From the NCBI RefSeq assembly GCF_036365525.1, contig NC_090379.1:35796855-35860854 (forward strand): 64,000 nucleotides of DNA, written 5' to 3'. The stretch is from Heterodontus francisci (Eukaryota). The first letter of the stretch is position 1; the number at the start of each line of letters is the position of its first letter. The position numbers and the translations under genes are program-made. Under the pieces are notes generated by a model. It ran no database searches. It saw only the letters and a program-made list of their open reading frames with translations, and was not told the origin of the DNA. Of this stretch, positions 62,741 through 64,000 are shown piece after piece.

Positions 62741-64000
62741 GTTGCAGCTCCTCACAGACCGCATGGATCGGTTGGAGCGGCAACTGGATGCACTTAGGAG
62801 CATGCAGGTGGCAGAGAGCGTCATAGACAGGAGTTTTAGAGAAGTGGTTACACCCAAGGTGCAGGCAGATAGATGGGTGACTGCGAGAAGGGGCAGGCAG
62901 TCAGTGCAGGAATCCCCTGTGGCTATCCTCCTCTCTAACAAGTATACCTTTTTGGATACTGTTGGGGGGGATGGCCTATCAGGGGAAAACAGCAGCAGCC
63001 AGAGCAGTGGCACCATGGCTGGCACTGTTGTTCAGCAGGGAGGGACAAAGCGCAGAAGAGCAATAGTCATAGGGGACTCTATAGTCAGGGGCACAGATAG
63101 GCGCTTCTGTGGGCGAGAAAGAGACTCCAGGATGGTATGTTGCCTCTCTGGTGCCAGGGTCAAGGATGTCTCTGAACGGACGGGGGGCATTCTGAAGGGG
63201 GAGGGTGAACAGCCAGAGGTTGTGGTACACATCGGTACCAATGACATAGGCAGGAAGAGTGATGAGGTCCTGCAGGGGGAGTTTAGGGAGTTAGGTAGAA
63301 AGTTAAAAGACAGGACCTCTAGGGTTGTAATCTCGGGATTACTCCCTGTGCCACGTGCCAGTGAGGCTAGAAATAGGAAGATAGTGCAGCTAAACACGTG
63401 GCTGAACAGCTGGTGTAGAAGGGAGGATTTCAGATATCTGGACCATTGGGATCTCTTCAGGGACAGATGGGACCTGTACAAGAAGGACGGGTTGCATCTC
63501 AACTGGAGGGGCACAAATATCCTGGCTGCGAGGTTTGCTAGCGTCACTCGGGAGGGTTTAAACTAGTGCGGTAGGGGGGTGGGAACCAGAGCAGTAGGAC
63601 AGCAAGTGAAATAAATGAGGAGGAACAAGTAAATAAGGCCAGTAAGACTAAGAGGAAGAGCAGGCAGGGAGATGTTGCAGAGCACAGCGGGACTGGTGGT
63701 CTGAAGTGCATTTGTTTCAATGCAAGAAGTATAACAGGTAAGGCAGATGAACTTAGAGCTTGGATTAGTACTTGGAACTATGATGTTGTTGCTATTACAG
63801 AGACTTGGTTGAGGGAAGGACAGGATTGGCAGCTAAATGTTCCAGGATTTAGAATCTTCAGGCGGGATAGAGGGGGATGTAAAAGGGGTGGGGGAGTTGC
63901 ATTTCTTGTTAAGGAGAATATCACAGCTGTACAGCGGGAGGACACCTCGGATGGGTCGTGCAGCGAGGCAATATGGGTGGAGCTCAGGAATAGGAAGGGT
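62741..64000 (+). mobile_element. Young CR1 LINE inserted in the gypsy element, running off the window
   Basis: ORF1 esterase followed by the ORF2 EN start CICFNARSITGKADELRAW..DVVAITETWL..GGGVA. Confidence 0.93.
62742..63566 (+). CDS. CR1 ORF1p, SGNH/GDSL esterase domain (5'-truncated)
   Basis: Coiled coil followed by block I VIGDSIVR, block III HIGTNDI and block V DGLHLN. Confidence 0.88.
   Translation: MQLLTDRMDRLERQLDALRSMQVAESVIDRSFREVVTPKVQADRWVTARRGRQSVQESPVAILLSNKYTFLDTVGGDGLSGENSSSQSSGTMAGTVVQQGGTKRRRAIVIGDSIVRGTDRRFCGRERDSRMVCCLSGARVKDVSERTGGILKGEGEQPEVVVHIGTNDIGRKSDEVLQGEFRELGRKLKDRTSRVVISGLLPVPRASEARNRKIVQLNTWLNSWCRREDFRYLDHWDLFRDRWDLYKKDGLHLNWRGTNILAARFASVTREGLN

Overview
Eukaryotic, repeat-rich vertebrate DNA. 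It is very probably from a cartilaginous fish (shark): the window holds HE1-like V-SINEs, a SacSINE1-like Deu-SINE, abundant CR1 LINEs and a shark-type ~69-bp minisatellite. Hand translation identifies one host gene on the minus strand, SNAPC1 (SNAP43; coding exons from 56550 down to 21990). A probable first coding micro-exon of SYT16 (MATD|I) lies at ~10.0 kb, matching the vertebrate HIF1A-SNAPC1-SYT16 order. Most of the rest is CR1, RTE, L2 and other LINE fragments, SINEs, Penelope-like fragments with minimal hammerhead-ribozyme motifs, gypsy solo LTRs plus one decayed gypsy provirus, and Harbinger-like non-autonomous elements. Most notable: (1) SNAPC1 exon 9 appears split by a 3-kb RTE insertion and frameshifted, while exon 8 to exon 10 skipping stays in frame; (2) two near-perfect long palindromes (arms ~2.1 kb and ~0.57 kb) have breakpoints inside retroelements. 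All identifications come from reading the sequence and recalled family knowledge; no searches were run. TE boundaries without target-site duplications (TSDs) are approximate.
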